Position numbers and translations under genes: made by a program
In this document: piece by piece, positions 26,701 through 39,121 of the stretch
Layout: each line of letters starts with the position of its first letter
Position numbering within the stretch: the stretch's first letter is position 1
The notes under the pieces: generated by a model
The model's input: the letters and a program-made list of their open reading frames with translations, nothing else
The model's database searches: none
Told to the model about the DNA's origin: nothing
NCBI GenBank assembly: GCA_903813345.2
Contig: CAIIXF020000001.1
Coordinates: forward strand, 39,928,001 to 39,992,000
Direction of reading: 5' to 3'
Source of the DNA: Owenia fusiformis
Taxonomy: Eukaryota
Length of the DNA stretch: 64,000 nt

Positions 26701-29700
26701 TGGTCAATTCAACAATATAAGTGTGTAAAACACTTCAAAGAAGATTCTTGAAATATTTAGATGATTCAATTAAATACCTAAAGAGAAATTGTGTCAAGCA
26801 GTCAAGGTTTTTCTATCGCTTATCCTAGGCCTATGTAGTTCTACAAGTAGAACTCAATGCATGGCCTTCTTTATTCATAGACAAGATGCGCGCAGAAATT
26901 TATGTCATTAAATATTCAAAATTCAGTCAAAGTGATGTCATATTTGAAATCTACATGTAAAAGTACAGCTAGAAATATGGTTTAGAAAATAGTTCAACTT
27001 AAAAAAATCAACTTTGAATTTAACTTTTTTTGAAAATGTGACTTCTTGTTCAGGGAGACTCCCCACAAAATCACAAAAAGTGAAATATCTTTTCTTGTAT
27101 TGGACAGATAACATTTTCTTTTACTGGACATATTTTAATTTGCATTTATATTAGATACATAAGGGTGATATGAAAATTGAACTACTAAAACAGATGTAAT
27201 TTAAGTTAAAGGGAACTTTCTTCCATACCAGCAATGCTATCTGACCCAAACTACCCCCATAAATGTGGGGTCGAATTGGCGTTTTTCCTTATTTGTTATT
27301 ATTTAAGGCCAATTGCCTTATTAATTGTCAGAAGTAAAAAAAAAAAACGCAAACTGAGCACACGTTTAGGGTATAACCCGAATGAGCCACCTGGTGGTGA
27401 AACTGTTGTTACCTACTCCCATCTGTGTTATTCTGATCTTTCTTTGCTGAACGAGTCTGGGCCGTAAGACTCAGATAAGAAATGAGGCCCCAGACTAGGT
27501 CTAACGCTGTTGGACTAAGCCAGGCCTACGTAGTTTAAGACCCTATCTGTTGCAAGACTTATGCTTGGGACAACCATCACCATGTTATTAAGTGTTTTTA
27601 AGTTTCGCAAGGATCCTGCCATGACCGTTGTAGTGTTATCGTGATAGCCTGGTATAACCGTGACAATGCTATATTATATTGCAAGACCTGTCATGACCGT
27701 GGTAAGGTAAAAGCCTGATATGACCGTGACAATGCTATACTATATTGCAAGGCCTGTCATGACCATGGTTATGTTAAAGCATGATATGACCGTGACAATG
27801 GTTGCAAGGCTTGTCATGACTGTGGTAATGTTAAAGCACAATATGACTGTGACAATGGTTATATTAAGTGACATTTAGTAGCATAAGAATACATATTTAA
27901 ATCTAGACTACTAGTACTACTACTACACCCTATGCAGACAGAGCCTGTGGGAAATATTGGGTGCGGAGCAAATGAGCGGAGGGTGCGGAGCTAACGGTCA
28001 TTTTTGAATTTAAAATTGGGATATTTCTGAAACTAAGCCGTTTTAGGACTTCAAATATACCAAGATATGTGTATTTGACACCAAATATCAATAAAATTGT
28101 GAAAAAAGTAGTGCAATTCATTTTATAGCGACGCAGTATGCCTTAAACATTTCCCAGACCTATATATTTTGAGACTATCCTTTTAATACGGCGTCCCCAG
28201 CATTCATAAAAAATGGTGTTCAAGATACACTACCCATGCAAATTATTTTTGCATCTTGGAAGCCAGGCAGTATCTGTGTGATTTTATAAAAATTCGGAAA
28301 TGTTCTTCAGATATGAGCCCCTCTAAATATTGGGTGCGGAGCTACGTTTATGGAGCTGCTCCGCACCCAATATTTAGAGGGGCTCATATCTGAAGAACAT
28401 TTCCGAATTTTTATAAAATCACACAGATACTGCCTGGCTTCCAAGATGCAAAAATAATTTGTATAGATAGTGCACCTTGAACACCATTTTTTATGAATGC
28501 TGGGGACTCAGTATTAAACGGATAATCTCAAAAGGAAAGGTTTAAGGCACACTGCGTCGCTATAGAATGAATTGCGCTACTATTTTCACAATTGTATTGA
28601 TATTTGGTGTCAAATACACATATCTTGGCATATTTGAAGTCCCAAAACGGCTTAGTTTCAGAAATATCCCAAATTTAAATTCAAAAATAACCGTTAGCTC
28701 CGCACCCTCCGCTCATTTGCTCCGCACCCAATATTTCCCACAGGCTCTGTCTGCATAGGGTATACTACTTTAACTAATAATTCATTTCCACAAACTAATT
28801 CTAATCTCATTCACATGCCTGTCAACTTGGGAACACCTAATATAATCTTTGTTCAAATTATGGACACCTTGGTCCAAATCTGAACACCTTGGCCACATTT
28901 TCAGCACCTTGGTTAAAATTTCATTGCATCTCAAATTTTTCGCACTCGCTACGCTCGCTATCTGTCAATGGAGGGGGGGGAGGTATGAATTGCGTTCGTT
29001 TTTTTTCGTTGTTCGGTTTTGTGTTGTATTGCCGATCATTTTTTAAAATTTTTCTACAGGAATATTTTTGCTGGACAATAATCAGGTAAAATACGTATTT
29101 GCGAAAATAACTGGCGTGACTTCAGATTTTCCAGCAAATGCGTGACAAATACCCAAATTGCGGGACAGTTGGACGTTAACATTGTCTTGGTCATATCAGG
29201 CTTTAACATTACCACGATCATGACAGGGCCTTACAACCATTGCCACAGTCATATAAGGCTTTAACATTACCACGGTCATGACAGGCCTTGCAATATAATA
29301 TAGCATTGTCACGGTCATATCAGGCTTTAACATTACCACGGTCATGATCGACACACCTTGTAATATAGTATAGCACTGTCACGGTTATACCAGGCTTTCA
29401 CGATAACAATACCACGGTCATGGCAGGATCCTTGCAAAACTTAAAAAACCTAGTAACATGGTGACGGTTGCCAGGCATAAGTCTTGCAATAGATATGTGT
29501 GTAGTTTTTGGCCAATATAATGAGTCAATGACTGAAACTAACTCACAGTTATCAAATCAGCAAGGCCATCTTTAAACAGGGACATGGCTTTAACATGAGT
29601 CAAGCACTGCTGTGAATTTGTATCTTCTTCTGACTCTTTATCATCCATCTTTTCTTTTTCTTCAGTTTTTGATTCCACATATTCTCCTTCTTCGCATTTG

Positions 29701-29756
29701 TTGTGGTTTGAAGATCCTTGTTCATTTGACTGTGACATTTTATTTATAGAAACCAT
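23775..29756 (-). CDS. SNRNP25: U11/U12 small nuclear ribonucleoprotein 25 kDa protein; exons 29547-29756, 26213-26336, 25003-25108, 24617-24691, 23775-23832
   Basis: The spliced product ..AMSLFKDGLADLITSDPLTFDLPTEVTLEEINSLIALEHGQSMMVNV..PVVVVQAATVLDLKNAMKRHLTLKQKREGGTSHISWRYIWKTYWL..GEKLQDDTKELRAYGIRNRDEVTFMKRLKER* closely matches SNRNP25. The start could be a downstream ATG (e.g. 29738). Confidence 0.95.
24121..24506. mobile_element. MITE with CCCGGGGG termini and 8-bp TSD (CAAAGAAC)
   Basis: Ends are cccgggggctcact and agtgaaacccccggg, flanked by caaagaac at 24113-24120 and 24507-24514. Confidence 0.8.
25214..25601 (+). mobile_element. Dispersed MITE family copy (TAGATGCGAGTAG..CTACTCAYATCT termini)
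   Basis: Shares the blocks gtcatatttgaa.tctaca, gatacataagggtg.tatgaaaattgaa and gagccac.tggtggtgaaactg with copies at 26884, 47022 (reverse) and 61503. Confidence 0.75.
25651..25948. mobile_element. Degenerate piggyBac-like MITE (TTAA-flanked)
   Basis: Ends ttaacttctttaatccc and ggtagtcaagaggttaa form an imperfect terminal inversion with TTAA at both sides. Confidence 0.4.
26616..26702. repeat. Short palindrome with a perfect ~26-bp stem (miniature foldback element)
   Basis: cacaggtgccccctgggtaataagag pairs with ctcttattacccagggggcacctgtg. Confidence 0.85.
26884..27425 (+). mobile_element. Second copy of the dispersed MITE family seen at 25214, with an internal insertion
   Basis: Same conserved blocks, ending aatgagccacctggtggtgaaactgttgttacctactcccatctg. 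Confidence 0.7.
27544..29495. mobile_element. Large foldback element: ~320-bp inverted arms (27544-27860 / 29178-29495) built from ~60-bp subrepeats
   Basis: tatctgttgcaagacttatgc..gcaaggatcctgccatgaccgt is the reverse complement of acggtcatggcaggatccttgc..gcataagtcttgcaatagata. The catgaccgtgg/gaccgtgacaatg units recur within each arm. Confidence 0.85.
27927..28761. mobile_element. Near-perfect 835-bp palindromic MITE nested inside the larger foldback
   Basis: Ends are accctatgcagacagagcctgtggg and cccacaggctctgtctgcatagggt. The arms pair to a centre near 28343-28357, which produces the mirror ORFs 27930-28121(-) and 28567-28758(+). Confidence 0.92.
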
Positions 29757-30102
29757 TAAAGGTTAGACTATGGACTAAATTTAATAATTACTGCCTCGGT
29801 ACTTTCCTGTTATTAGGGTTTTAGTTGAAATTTTGCATTTGCAAATATGGGCGCTGCCATCTTGGATCAAGTCTCGAATGACAAAACTAATATTCTGTTT
29901 AAAAATCATACCGTCTTATTATACACCAAAAATACTTCTGCATATAAAGTTTTAATGATTTATCTATGAATTGTATCGATATTGAAAGGGAAATATTAGA
30001 ATTTAAAGTATATATTGCATTTAAAGTCATGCAAATCCATTGCGAGACTATTCGAGCCTCAACCCGGAAGTGAAGTTGCATGATTTTTCCAAACTTTTCG
30101 AA
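29757..30102. promoter_or_regulatory. Putative bidirectional promoter between SNRNP25 and POLR3K
   Basis: 346 bp separate the divergent ATGs. It contains a YY1-like GCTGCCATCTTG (~29853-29864), an ETS-type CCCGGAAGTG (30063-30072) and an ATTTGCAAAT palindrome (29837-29846). Confidence 0.7.
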
Positions 30103-33100
30103 ATGTTGATGTTTTGCCCAACTTGTGGGAATGTCCTGGTGGTAGAAGAAGGTCCAAGCTGCTATAGATTTGGTTGTAATACATGTCCATATATTCACAA
30201 CATTAACAAAAAGGTAGTGCTTTCTTGAAGTTGGTTTTTGTTTTCAACTTTCAACCAGAAAAGATTTTTCATTGAAAAATGTTTACAATTTCTTAAGAAT
30301 CCAGAGACAATCTACATGTATGGAGAAAACTGATCCGTTTTTTATGAAAATCTTTTTGTTATATGACTGCGCCATTTTGTCAGAAAATGGTAATGTGATC
30401 GTTTTGGTCTTCATTTCTCCAGTAATGTCCGTTGAAAAGAATTAGCATGTTCATTCTTTTTATCTTACAGAATTAGACAACACAGCAAAAAATGCGTATG
30501 AATACAATGAATCCTGACATCAGGATTCATACAGGATATGCACGCAGTGTGCCAATCCTGTATAAATCCTGACACCATGGCGTAGAATAATGGAAATAAT
30601 GTCACAACGCATGTCCGTAAATCGACATTTCATGGTCCAAAGATTTCAATGGAGAGCAGTCTTCATCAAAATTTAAAATCTTAATAACTTTTGAGCTGAT
30701 CATTTATTTTCTTAGGATTCAACGGATCGTTGTTAGACCCAATGAAGTGTTCATTACAACAAAATCCATCCACAGATCTTTCGGCCTTTTTATTATTTAA
30801 TTTTCTGGATATTTTGCTAAAATCCCCCATTGGCCGCCATTATAAACTTCATTCATTCAGGATACGCTCGCAGTGTGCCAATCCTGTATGAATCCTGATG
30901 CCTAGATTCATACAGGATATGCACACAGTGTGCCAATCGGCCTGTACGTTTGATGTATCCTGAGTCAAGATTCATACAGGATAGGCACGACTAGTTCAAT
31001 ATCAATATCTGATTTTGAAGAAGAATATACATTCATGGAATAGTATACTGTCGTCTCTTACCCCCCTATCACACCAAACTAGTTCTTAGACACATACAGT
31101 ATAGACCTTTAGAATAAATGACGAAATATAAATGACTAACAACATTACATGCAGATTTTACGATATGAAATAGCGGGATTTAGAAACGCATTGTACTATA
31201 ATAATATTTTACAAACTTTAACAGATAAATAGACAAGTGTGCAAGCACCTTGGCGATAATAATTTATAATCCAAATTGCGATTTGTCAACAAAACCCCCA
31301 TACACTCACATATCAGGTTAGGCATAATTCCACATGTTTGAAACCAGATCTGGAAGCATCAAATACGGTGTGTCATTCAGTTTCTAAAGGCAGAATTCCA
31401 CATGTTTGCAACCAGATCTGGAAGCATCAAATATGGTGTGTCATTCAGTTTCTAAAGGCAGAATTCCACATGTTTGCAACCAGATCTGGAAGCATCAAAT
31501 ATGGTGTGTCATTTAGTTTCTAAAGGCAGAATTCCACATGTTTGCAACCAGATCTGGAAGCATCAAATATGGTGTGTCATTCAGTTTCTAAAGGCAGAAT
31601 TCCACATGTTTGCAACCAGATCTGGAAGCATCAAATACGGTGTGTCATTTAGTTTCTAAAGGCAGAATTCCACATGTTTGCAACCAGATCTGGAAGCATC
31701 AAATATGGTGTGTCATTTAGTTTCTAAAGGCAGAATTCCACATGTTTGCAACCAGATCTGGAAGCATCAAATATGGTGTGTCATTTAGTTTCTAAAGGCA
31801 GAATTCCACATGTTTGCAACCAGATCTGGAAGCATCAAATATGGTGTGTCATTTAGTTTCTAAAGGCAGAATTCCACATGTTTGCAACCAGATCTGGAAG
31901 CATCAAATATGGTGTGTCATTTAGTTTCTAAAGGCAGAATTCCACATGTGCACAGTTTGCAGCTTCACATTATCTTGTCCATATACCTCCTGTAGGCCCA
32001 TATCGTTTCAATACTGATGTTCCCCTGATCGCATTGTATTTTATTATGTTGACATCAAGTTCTTTAGAATTCATGCTTATTTCAGCAAATTATTCTCCAA
32101 CCTATTAGGTACTGCAAAATTGCAATATCTTTAGATCAGACAAGGTGGACATCAATGGAAAAAATAGGACAATTTCCAGTTGTCCACCCAGCACTTGGGC
32201 TTGTCCATCATTAACATATTATCTAAAGCTAGCAGTAAGAATCAACAATGATGTGTGATGTTATGATTATTTATTTGTTTGATTGCATATAGTTCAATGG
32301 TTGAGCTAAGGTTGCCAAACTTATGGAGGGGAGTGTACATGTAACACTTGACAATATATATATACACAAAATTTGTTCATATGACATTGGATACAGGATT
32401 TTGGCTGATTCGAGATCCAATACGGAATCTGATACAAGATTTTGGCTGATACAGGTTCTGATACAGGATACTTTGAATATCAATTCAGTTCCCTGTCTAT
32501 TTCCCAAGAAATCATGTTATAACCAACTAAGACCAATTAATCCTTGTATTAAAACTGTGTAACTGTGTTTTTCAGATGAGTAGTAGGAAGTATCCTAAAC
32601 TAAAGGACGTTGATGATGTGCTCGGTGGAGCTGCTGCTTGGGAGAATGTAGACTCTACAGAAGGTATCAAACCATAGAGCATATCATTGAATAGTATTCA
32701 GCACAAATTTTTGTTGCATACTTTGATGTACCGTAGAAAGAAATCCAGCAGGAGCATCTCATGAAATTTTGCAAACATCTTTACACAATTTATGACACTC
32801 AAATTTTTATTTAGAGATTGAAGTAAAATTGACAGAATATGACTATGAGTCACTTCAAAATATTTGTATTTAACTCACTGAATTTCCACTAAAGGAATTG
32901 AACATTTTGAAATATGAATGGCAAGTATTTACTTATTACATTATTACAATATTACATTACATACAAACAGTGTACAATTTAATATTATATTGTATTATAA
33001 TGTACAATAACCATAGTATAGCATGCACCAAACACTGTGTCTAAAAACGTTTGTCAGGCAACTCCGTGGAAGAGATGCATATTGGGATTCCTAGCTCCTC

Positions 33101-33589
33101 TTTGTGATAACTGAGAAGATCTGCTTCAAAGGTTCACATCATCCCTCCCATAAAATCATGTGAACATGCATGGGTGTTATTTGTTTTTACTTGTGCAAGA
33201 CCAAATCCTCTTGGAAACTTTTCTATAGTACATCAAAGTATGCAACAAAAACTTGTGTGGAGGACTTGTTATTTCACATACTATCTCCTTCTTTTTCCTT
33301 TACTTGCTGCCATAAATTTAAGGGATTTCTTATACTTGCAAACTAAAATTAGTCATCAAGATATCAGTTATATTGACCTATAGCTAACATAATATGAATT
33401 GACGTAATATGTATGGAACAATAAGCTTAACTTAACACACACAATATTTGAATGTTTTCAGAAACATGCCCCAAGTGTGAACACAATAGAGCATACTTTA
33501 TGCAGATTCAAACCCGCTCTGCTGATGAACCAATGACAATATTTTACAAATGTTGCAACGCACAATGTGGCCACAGGTGGAGAGAGTAG
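30103..33589 (+). CDS. POLR3K: DNA-directed RNA polymerase III subunit RPC10/C11 (108 aa); exons 30103-30213, 32576-32663, 33462-33589
   Basis: MLMFCPTCGNVLVVEEG..FGCNTCPY..KYPKLKDVDDVLGGAAAWENVDSTEETCPKCEHNRAYFMQIQTRSADEPMTIFYKCCNAQCGHRWRE*, with two zinc ribbons and the TFIIS-like RSADEP motif. Confidence 0.97.
30512..30990. repeat. Short degenerate tandem repeat (gattcatacaggatatgcac.cagtgtgccaatcc) interrupted by a ~270-bp insert
   Basis: The unit occurs at ~30523, 30856, 30905 and 30969. The intervening 30575-30843 segment has weak inverted ends (ccatggcg..aatgg / ccattggccgccatt). Confidence 0.6.
31321..31948. repeat. 68-bp tandem repeat, ~9 near-identical copies, in POLR3K intron 1
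   Basis: The unit aattccacatgtttgcaaccagatctggaagcatcaaatatggtgtgtcattYagtttctaaaggcag repeats head-to-tail. Confidence 0.97.
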
Positions 33590-33934
33590 CACATAGACAA
33601 ACAACAGGATGAATGTTTAAGCTGCAAGCCACAGTACCAGATTAAGGAAATACAAAGAAGCAGTAAAGTTGAAGGTGAAAACTGCTGCATGTAGGACTGC
33701 ATTGTCAAAAGATAATGCCTGCCGTGATAAATGTATTGCGAATCAACAAGAGTTAATGTTAATTGTCATGAATGCTGCCCAACTATATACTCTAGTCAAA
33801 AATGCAAAAACACAACCTGATGGATTTTAAGGATACCATGATTCATTATGCATCTCTTTTAGAGCTTAGAGACTTGTACTCGGTATAGAGGACAAAAGTG
33901 AACAACATTGACAAGTCATAATTGAGTTAGAGAT

Positions 33935-34060
33935 TGCCAATTAGTTTTTGCTCTATTTTCCGATTTTTATGGATCCCTTGGTATGAGAAAACTGTATAAT
34001 AATAATAATAATGTGGTATGAACGTGAAAAATCAGAAAATAGAGCAAAAACTAATTGGCA
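33935..34060. repeat. Inverted repeat/hairpin in the probable POLR3K 3' UTR
   Basis: tgccaattagtttttgctctattttccgattttt pairs with aaaaatcagaaaatagagcaaaaactaattggca; AATAAA follows at ~34088 and ~34177. Confidence 0.85.
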
Positions 34061-34529
34061 TTGAGAAACTGTGCTTGAATGACAGGGATATTTGTAAAAA
34101 ATAATGAAATAAAACAGTCATAAAATAGTTGGTACTATAAACCAACTGAAATGTATTGTGTGTAGAGACTGTCAACAATAAATATTTTCATAAAAAAATG
34201 AGGATTGATTTAGATTATTTTTAATTGGTATAAGGCTCGATCTCTTATATAACTCCATATGTGGCATCAACTTTTGGATTCCATATTTGGGCTTTGTCTT
34301 TCTTTGTTTAAAAGGGGTCTGTTTTTTTTAAATTTTTTAGTTTAGTTTATTTCAAACAAAAGTCCTCAGGCCCATAGTTTTACAAATATAACAATACATG
34401 TTTACATCAATTCTAATATGCTTTTAAAATCACTGTATGATTCCAATTCTGTTATTATTAAGCAAGCCCACATGCCAACAGTGAGGTTTATATAAGACAT
34501 GCTTGCTTTACCTACCTTAAATCGATCAT

Positions 34530-35018
34530 CTACAGCTGGTGTTTCTCGCTAATAGACCCATGGGCATTTATTTGAAAATTTTCACCAGTGCATCTGAATA
34601 AACATCCAGTGGCTTATTGAGAAAAGGATTGGTATGCTTAGATATTTCCTAAAAACAATTAATACCAGTATGTACCAGTCCAACAGTATGGCTCATTTGC
34701 AAAGCCACAGGTTATTACTATCACTTTACTCTGGGTTTCGATTCCATTCCAGGTCGAGCCAAATTTTTGGGGTTTGAAGTCCAGATGTCAACTTAACTAC
34801 ATAAATGATAATTTCCCTTGGAATAAAGGCTCACTGGCTTAGATTTTCCCTCTTATGAAATGAATACCCAATTTTCCCTCTTAATATCAAACAACCATCT
34901 TCCTTAGAAAATCAACATTTCCCTCTTTGTAAAGGCCCATGGGTGTTACTGAGGGCTTTCAAATATGCCCAGGTGAAATAAACAAATTGGCATATTAGCG
35001 AGAAACTCCAGAAGTAGA
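34530..35018. mobile_element. MITE with imperfect TIRs
   Basis: ctacagctggtgtttctcgctaata pairs with tattagcgagaaactccagaagtag; an inner pair is gggcatttatttgaaa / tttcaaatatgccc. Confidence 0.6.
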
Positions 35019-35485
35019 AAATATATCGTATAGTCCCCTTATATTGTATTGGTTGAGTATGTCAGTTCAATTATGTGATTGTTATTATTAATTTAGTTGA
35101 AGCAGTTGATCTTGTTTACTGTTTTTGGCTCATTAGCTTGATTGATTACGTTGATGTTGCCATTTACATTTTCTAAGGGTAAACAGAATGTAATTGAATT
35201 CCTTTAGGATTAATAGATGGCATATTGGTATAAAGTCTTCACTTCTATTCGATTGTTGAATCTGGGTGTTCCAACCATTTGTCAGCAGTTACATGTATTT
35301 CACGATAAAATGGAATGATGGTTGTGATTGAAAAACTAATTCGGTGCGTGAATATAGCCCAGTTTCAGATGGGGTGGTGTTCACATGTGGAAACCGGAAA
35401 TTTGCCAGATGTCAAAATGGGCCGTGTACCTGCAGTTGAAATCTGTTTTGTTTTATGAAACTGTTTTGCCAAGTGTGAAAAGGAT

Positions 35486-35847
35486 TTAAGGATGTTCCCT
35501 GGACGAAGTTGAAAACGATGAACACCAACCCCTAATTTTTCTTTTCAAAATGTGAAGTACATAGCATAACTAAGTGTTTCTGTGAGTTTAAGAAAAAGTT
35601 AAATATTCAAAAGTGTGTTTTGGGGTGAAAACCTGATTTTTAACATGGGTTTCAATGAGAAAGTGCCACGCCCACTTTTGTCAAATATTGACACTTTAGA
35701 GGCCTCTTGCTCAGAAAAAAGCACACTAACATATGGTTTTTAAAGTTTTAATATTCTTTGTTGCCCGTGAGAATCCCAGAAAACCATTTTTGAGAAAAAG
35801 TTAAATACTATTGAATATTTTCCTATCTGACCAGGGAACATCCTTAA
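35486..35847. mobile_element. TTAA-flanked MITE (Kolobok-like termini)
   Basis: Ends are TTAA|GGATGTTCCCTGG and CCAGGGAACATCC|TTAA. Confidence 0.8.
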
Positions 35848-38800
35848 GCACTGAATTCATTGTGGTCTTGGTTTAATAAAGGAACAACTCACTAGTTATA
35901 TTTTTTTACTAACAAAGCATGGAGTTCAGTGCTAAATATTATATTCACATGAGATAAACAAATGGTTCCACATGCTTTATACGCAATGAGAAACGATGAT
36001 CTCTACCTAATTTGCAAAATTGAGCATCACCTGTTGTAGAAGTATGCAGTGAAATGTCAAGCTGGCAAAAATTCTGTTTTCAACTAATTTTAAAGCCTTC
36101 GATTCATGAGGTTAATAACATTTTTGACAATACTAACACACCCCCAATATCCATCCAGCACGTTTCTCAATCTATAACACCACACAATTACAAGAACTGT
36201 GAATATAAATCAACAAAAGATCTTTTTGATTTTTTCTACCTTTATTTACTTTTTTTGGGGTTATGATATTTAAGTGAACATTGTATTGAAACACTAGAAA
36301 TTAAATCTTTGGTGAAAATAGATTTGTGTAATGATGTATAACAGCATTCTTGTCTTTTTTTCAGTGGAATAATCCACCAAAATCCCTGATGTCCTTGACT
36401 GTAAAAACAGTGCAAAATTCTTAAGTACAGAAATGTAAAATCTTGAAGTTAACAAGATTTGGATACTTTAAGTAGCAAATATTTGTTTTTTAAACTTCAG
36501 AAATCTACGAAGATTTCTCCCATAATTTTTGGTGTTTTTTGATATGTCCTTCAATCTGTACTGGTGTAGGCACAGGGGTAATGGAGATCATTCACTATTG
36601 ACATGATACACTTGTTTAGAACGTTCACACAATCTACACACTCAACACTGAAATAAACATTATTTCTTCATAATTCAATCTCAAAGTGAGAAATAGTGAT
36701 ACAATGAGAGAAATACAACTAGATGATGATAATATTGATGAGATTATCTGACCCAGTAGAATGATTGATGTCTAGTTTTGGTGAACTTCACAAATTTTTA
36801 GTTCAGTGATTTAGAAACTGAAATACAGATATCAATTCAACTTTTTGCATGTCGACATTAAATAAATGTGGCAATTTGATATACAGATATATGTGCCCCT
36901 AATCAAACTAAATATAAAGAAAAACTGATAGTCTACTGGATCAAGATGATAATAATGAGATGATAATTTTAAGTTATCCTAAATAACTTCGGTTCTCTAT
37001 ATTGGCTAGGACATGATGTAAAATGGTCCTCTAGGTGAAGATGTTGTTATACCTTTGCCATAAATAGATGGTTGGTCTGTACGTATTTTATCATTAGGCC
37101 AAGCCATATATCCAAATTCATGCAGTTGTCAACATTTCAGTCATATTTTGAGAAATATTTGTTCAATAAGATAGCCATCCTTGCAAACTGCAATTCCACA
37201 TGATTTACTTCAGCAGAAACCAAGCCAAGTTTGATTGGACTAGATAAATGTGGGATGCTGTAGTTGTAAAATACATTCATCATTCTACAATTATCACTGG
37301 TAGTAAAAACACCACCAGAAGACATTGTTGGAGAATGGCGGAGACAGTGATCATTAAATATAGAACTCCTTAATTTGGTTTTGCTTAGCCACTGAGTGTT
37401 AAGTAGCACTAAGCAACACTGCTGGCAGATATTTTAACTTCAGGTCTATCTTGTTGAACAAATTATCTCACCCCTAATTGTCAGTATTTAAATCGACATT
37501 ATTCCATAGTCCAAAATTCTTTTCAGTTGTCAATTTTGTCATCAAAAACCACTTTACACACACTTTTTTGAAACCCTAATTTTGAATTTTAAAAACCTTA
37601 ATGGTTTTGAATGTTTATCCAGGAACATCAAAAATAAGAAACCATATCAAAAGTTTCTAAAATTCTTACACAAAAGTTTTTATATAATAACTATTTTGGT
37701 TGCAAAAAGGCAACCCAACATTGGCACATGCTTTGATTGCATCTAGTTCTTATGTTGAACAGGTTGCTGTGCTCATTATGGTGTTTCAATGCATTTTTGT
37801 CCAAACAAAGTGCTGGTTTGCAGTTTTATTTGTTCAACTGCAGTGCATTGCAAGAGCAAGAAACTTAGCGTACATGTTCAATATATGAACCAACACCTCA
37901 CACATTTCTTAATAATATTTTAAAAAGTTAATAAATCCTCACGTAACTGCAAAAACTCCAATTTACTGACTTAAAAATTGTGGTTCCCATATTTAGCAAG
38001 ATAGTCTTTTAAGTACATGGGAACAAGTCCTTTGTCCAAATGTAGGAATCAGGTGGTTTTATGATTCACTAACTTGACATATCTCATTAAGTGCCTAGAT
38101 CTTTCTGGCAAATTGTCTATATTCAATTTTAACTTGAACAAAATCATTTTATTTGATATGGGAAACACAACTATCCATCTATAATTTTCTTTAACCCCAA
38201 ATCCCAAACTTTACCATATGTACCACATGTACATTAATCGACTGAAAGTAAGCATTTTTAATAAGTACCTTTACGGTATCGACTTACACAACATTTATAT
38301 GAACAGTGATGATGAGTCAAAGATGAATGAATTCAGACCAGGAATATAGCACACCTCAACACTCACTGGTCTGAACTGTGACAAAGTCCAGCGATATTTC
38401 ACACGCTGCCAGTGTCAAACGGTTCTTATATACTACCGTTTTGCAAATATGAAATGGAAATCCCTTGCAAAAAATGTTATTCTTTATTGCTAAACCCCAT
38501 TCTGCATATTTTAATTTGAAAGGGAAGAAAAAACTTTTTAAGCAAGGGGATGATATGACCGATATGATAAATATTGTTCTATCTATAACTAAATCCCTTG
38601 TAACTAGCGCAATACATAAAGTTCCCAGCCATCCAATCACAGAATTATGAGGAAGCGCACAACAAAATTGTTATACAATGAATTTAAAGGTTATCAAAAT
38701 ATCTAGACATTACTAATTGCATTGATTGTCTCATTTTTGAGGATTCAAAAATGACATCTATTGTACAGGTGATTGTATGGCTAGTCAGTATATGTAAATT

Positions 38801-39121
38801 GTACCCACTGATTTAAACTAACATTGTACAAAAATATAAATAGAACTCTGATACATTGGTGAAACATTACATAATAATGCACTAAATACAACAAGATCAG
38901 GCCAGGTAATGTAATGGCCATAAGCCAGGTAATGCAATGGCTTTAACTGTTCAACATACTGTAGCTTCTTCTCTTCTCAGGATAAGTTTCAGTTTGTTCA
39001 TAATTAAATAATAATAAAAAAAACATCTCAGTTTTAAACTTGAGGTAACTTTGCCTCTTACTGTCACTTGATTTACATATATACAACTGCTTCTTCAAAA
39101 CAGACACCATCACACACATGC

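Noticed and set aside
27930..28758. Two near-identical 63-aa ORFs on opposite strands
   Set aside because: They are mirror images produced by the palindromic MITE arms and show no protein motif.
31321..31948. CRISPR-like array
   Set aside because: The units are contiguous with no unique spacers, there are no cas genes, and it lies in a eukaryotic intron.
37137..38650. Several 60-95 aa ORFs between POLR3K and the decarboxylase
   Set aside because: No motifs or coherent splice structure; likely UTR or intergenic.
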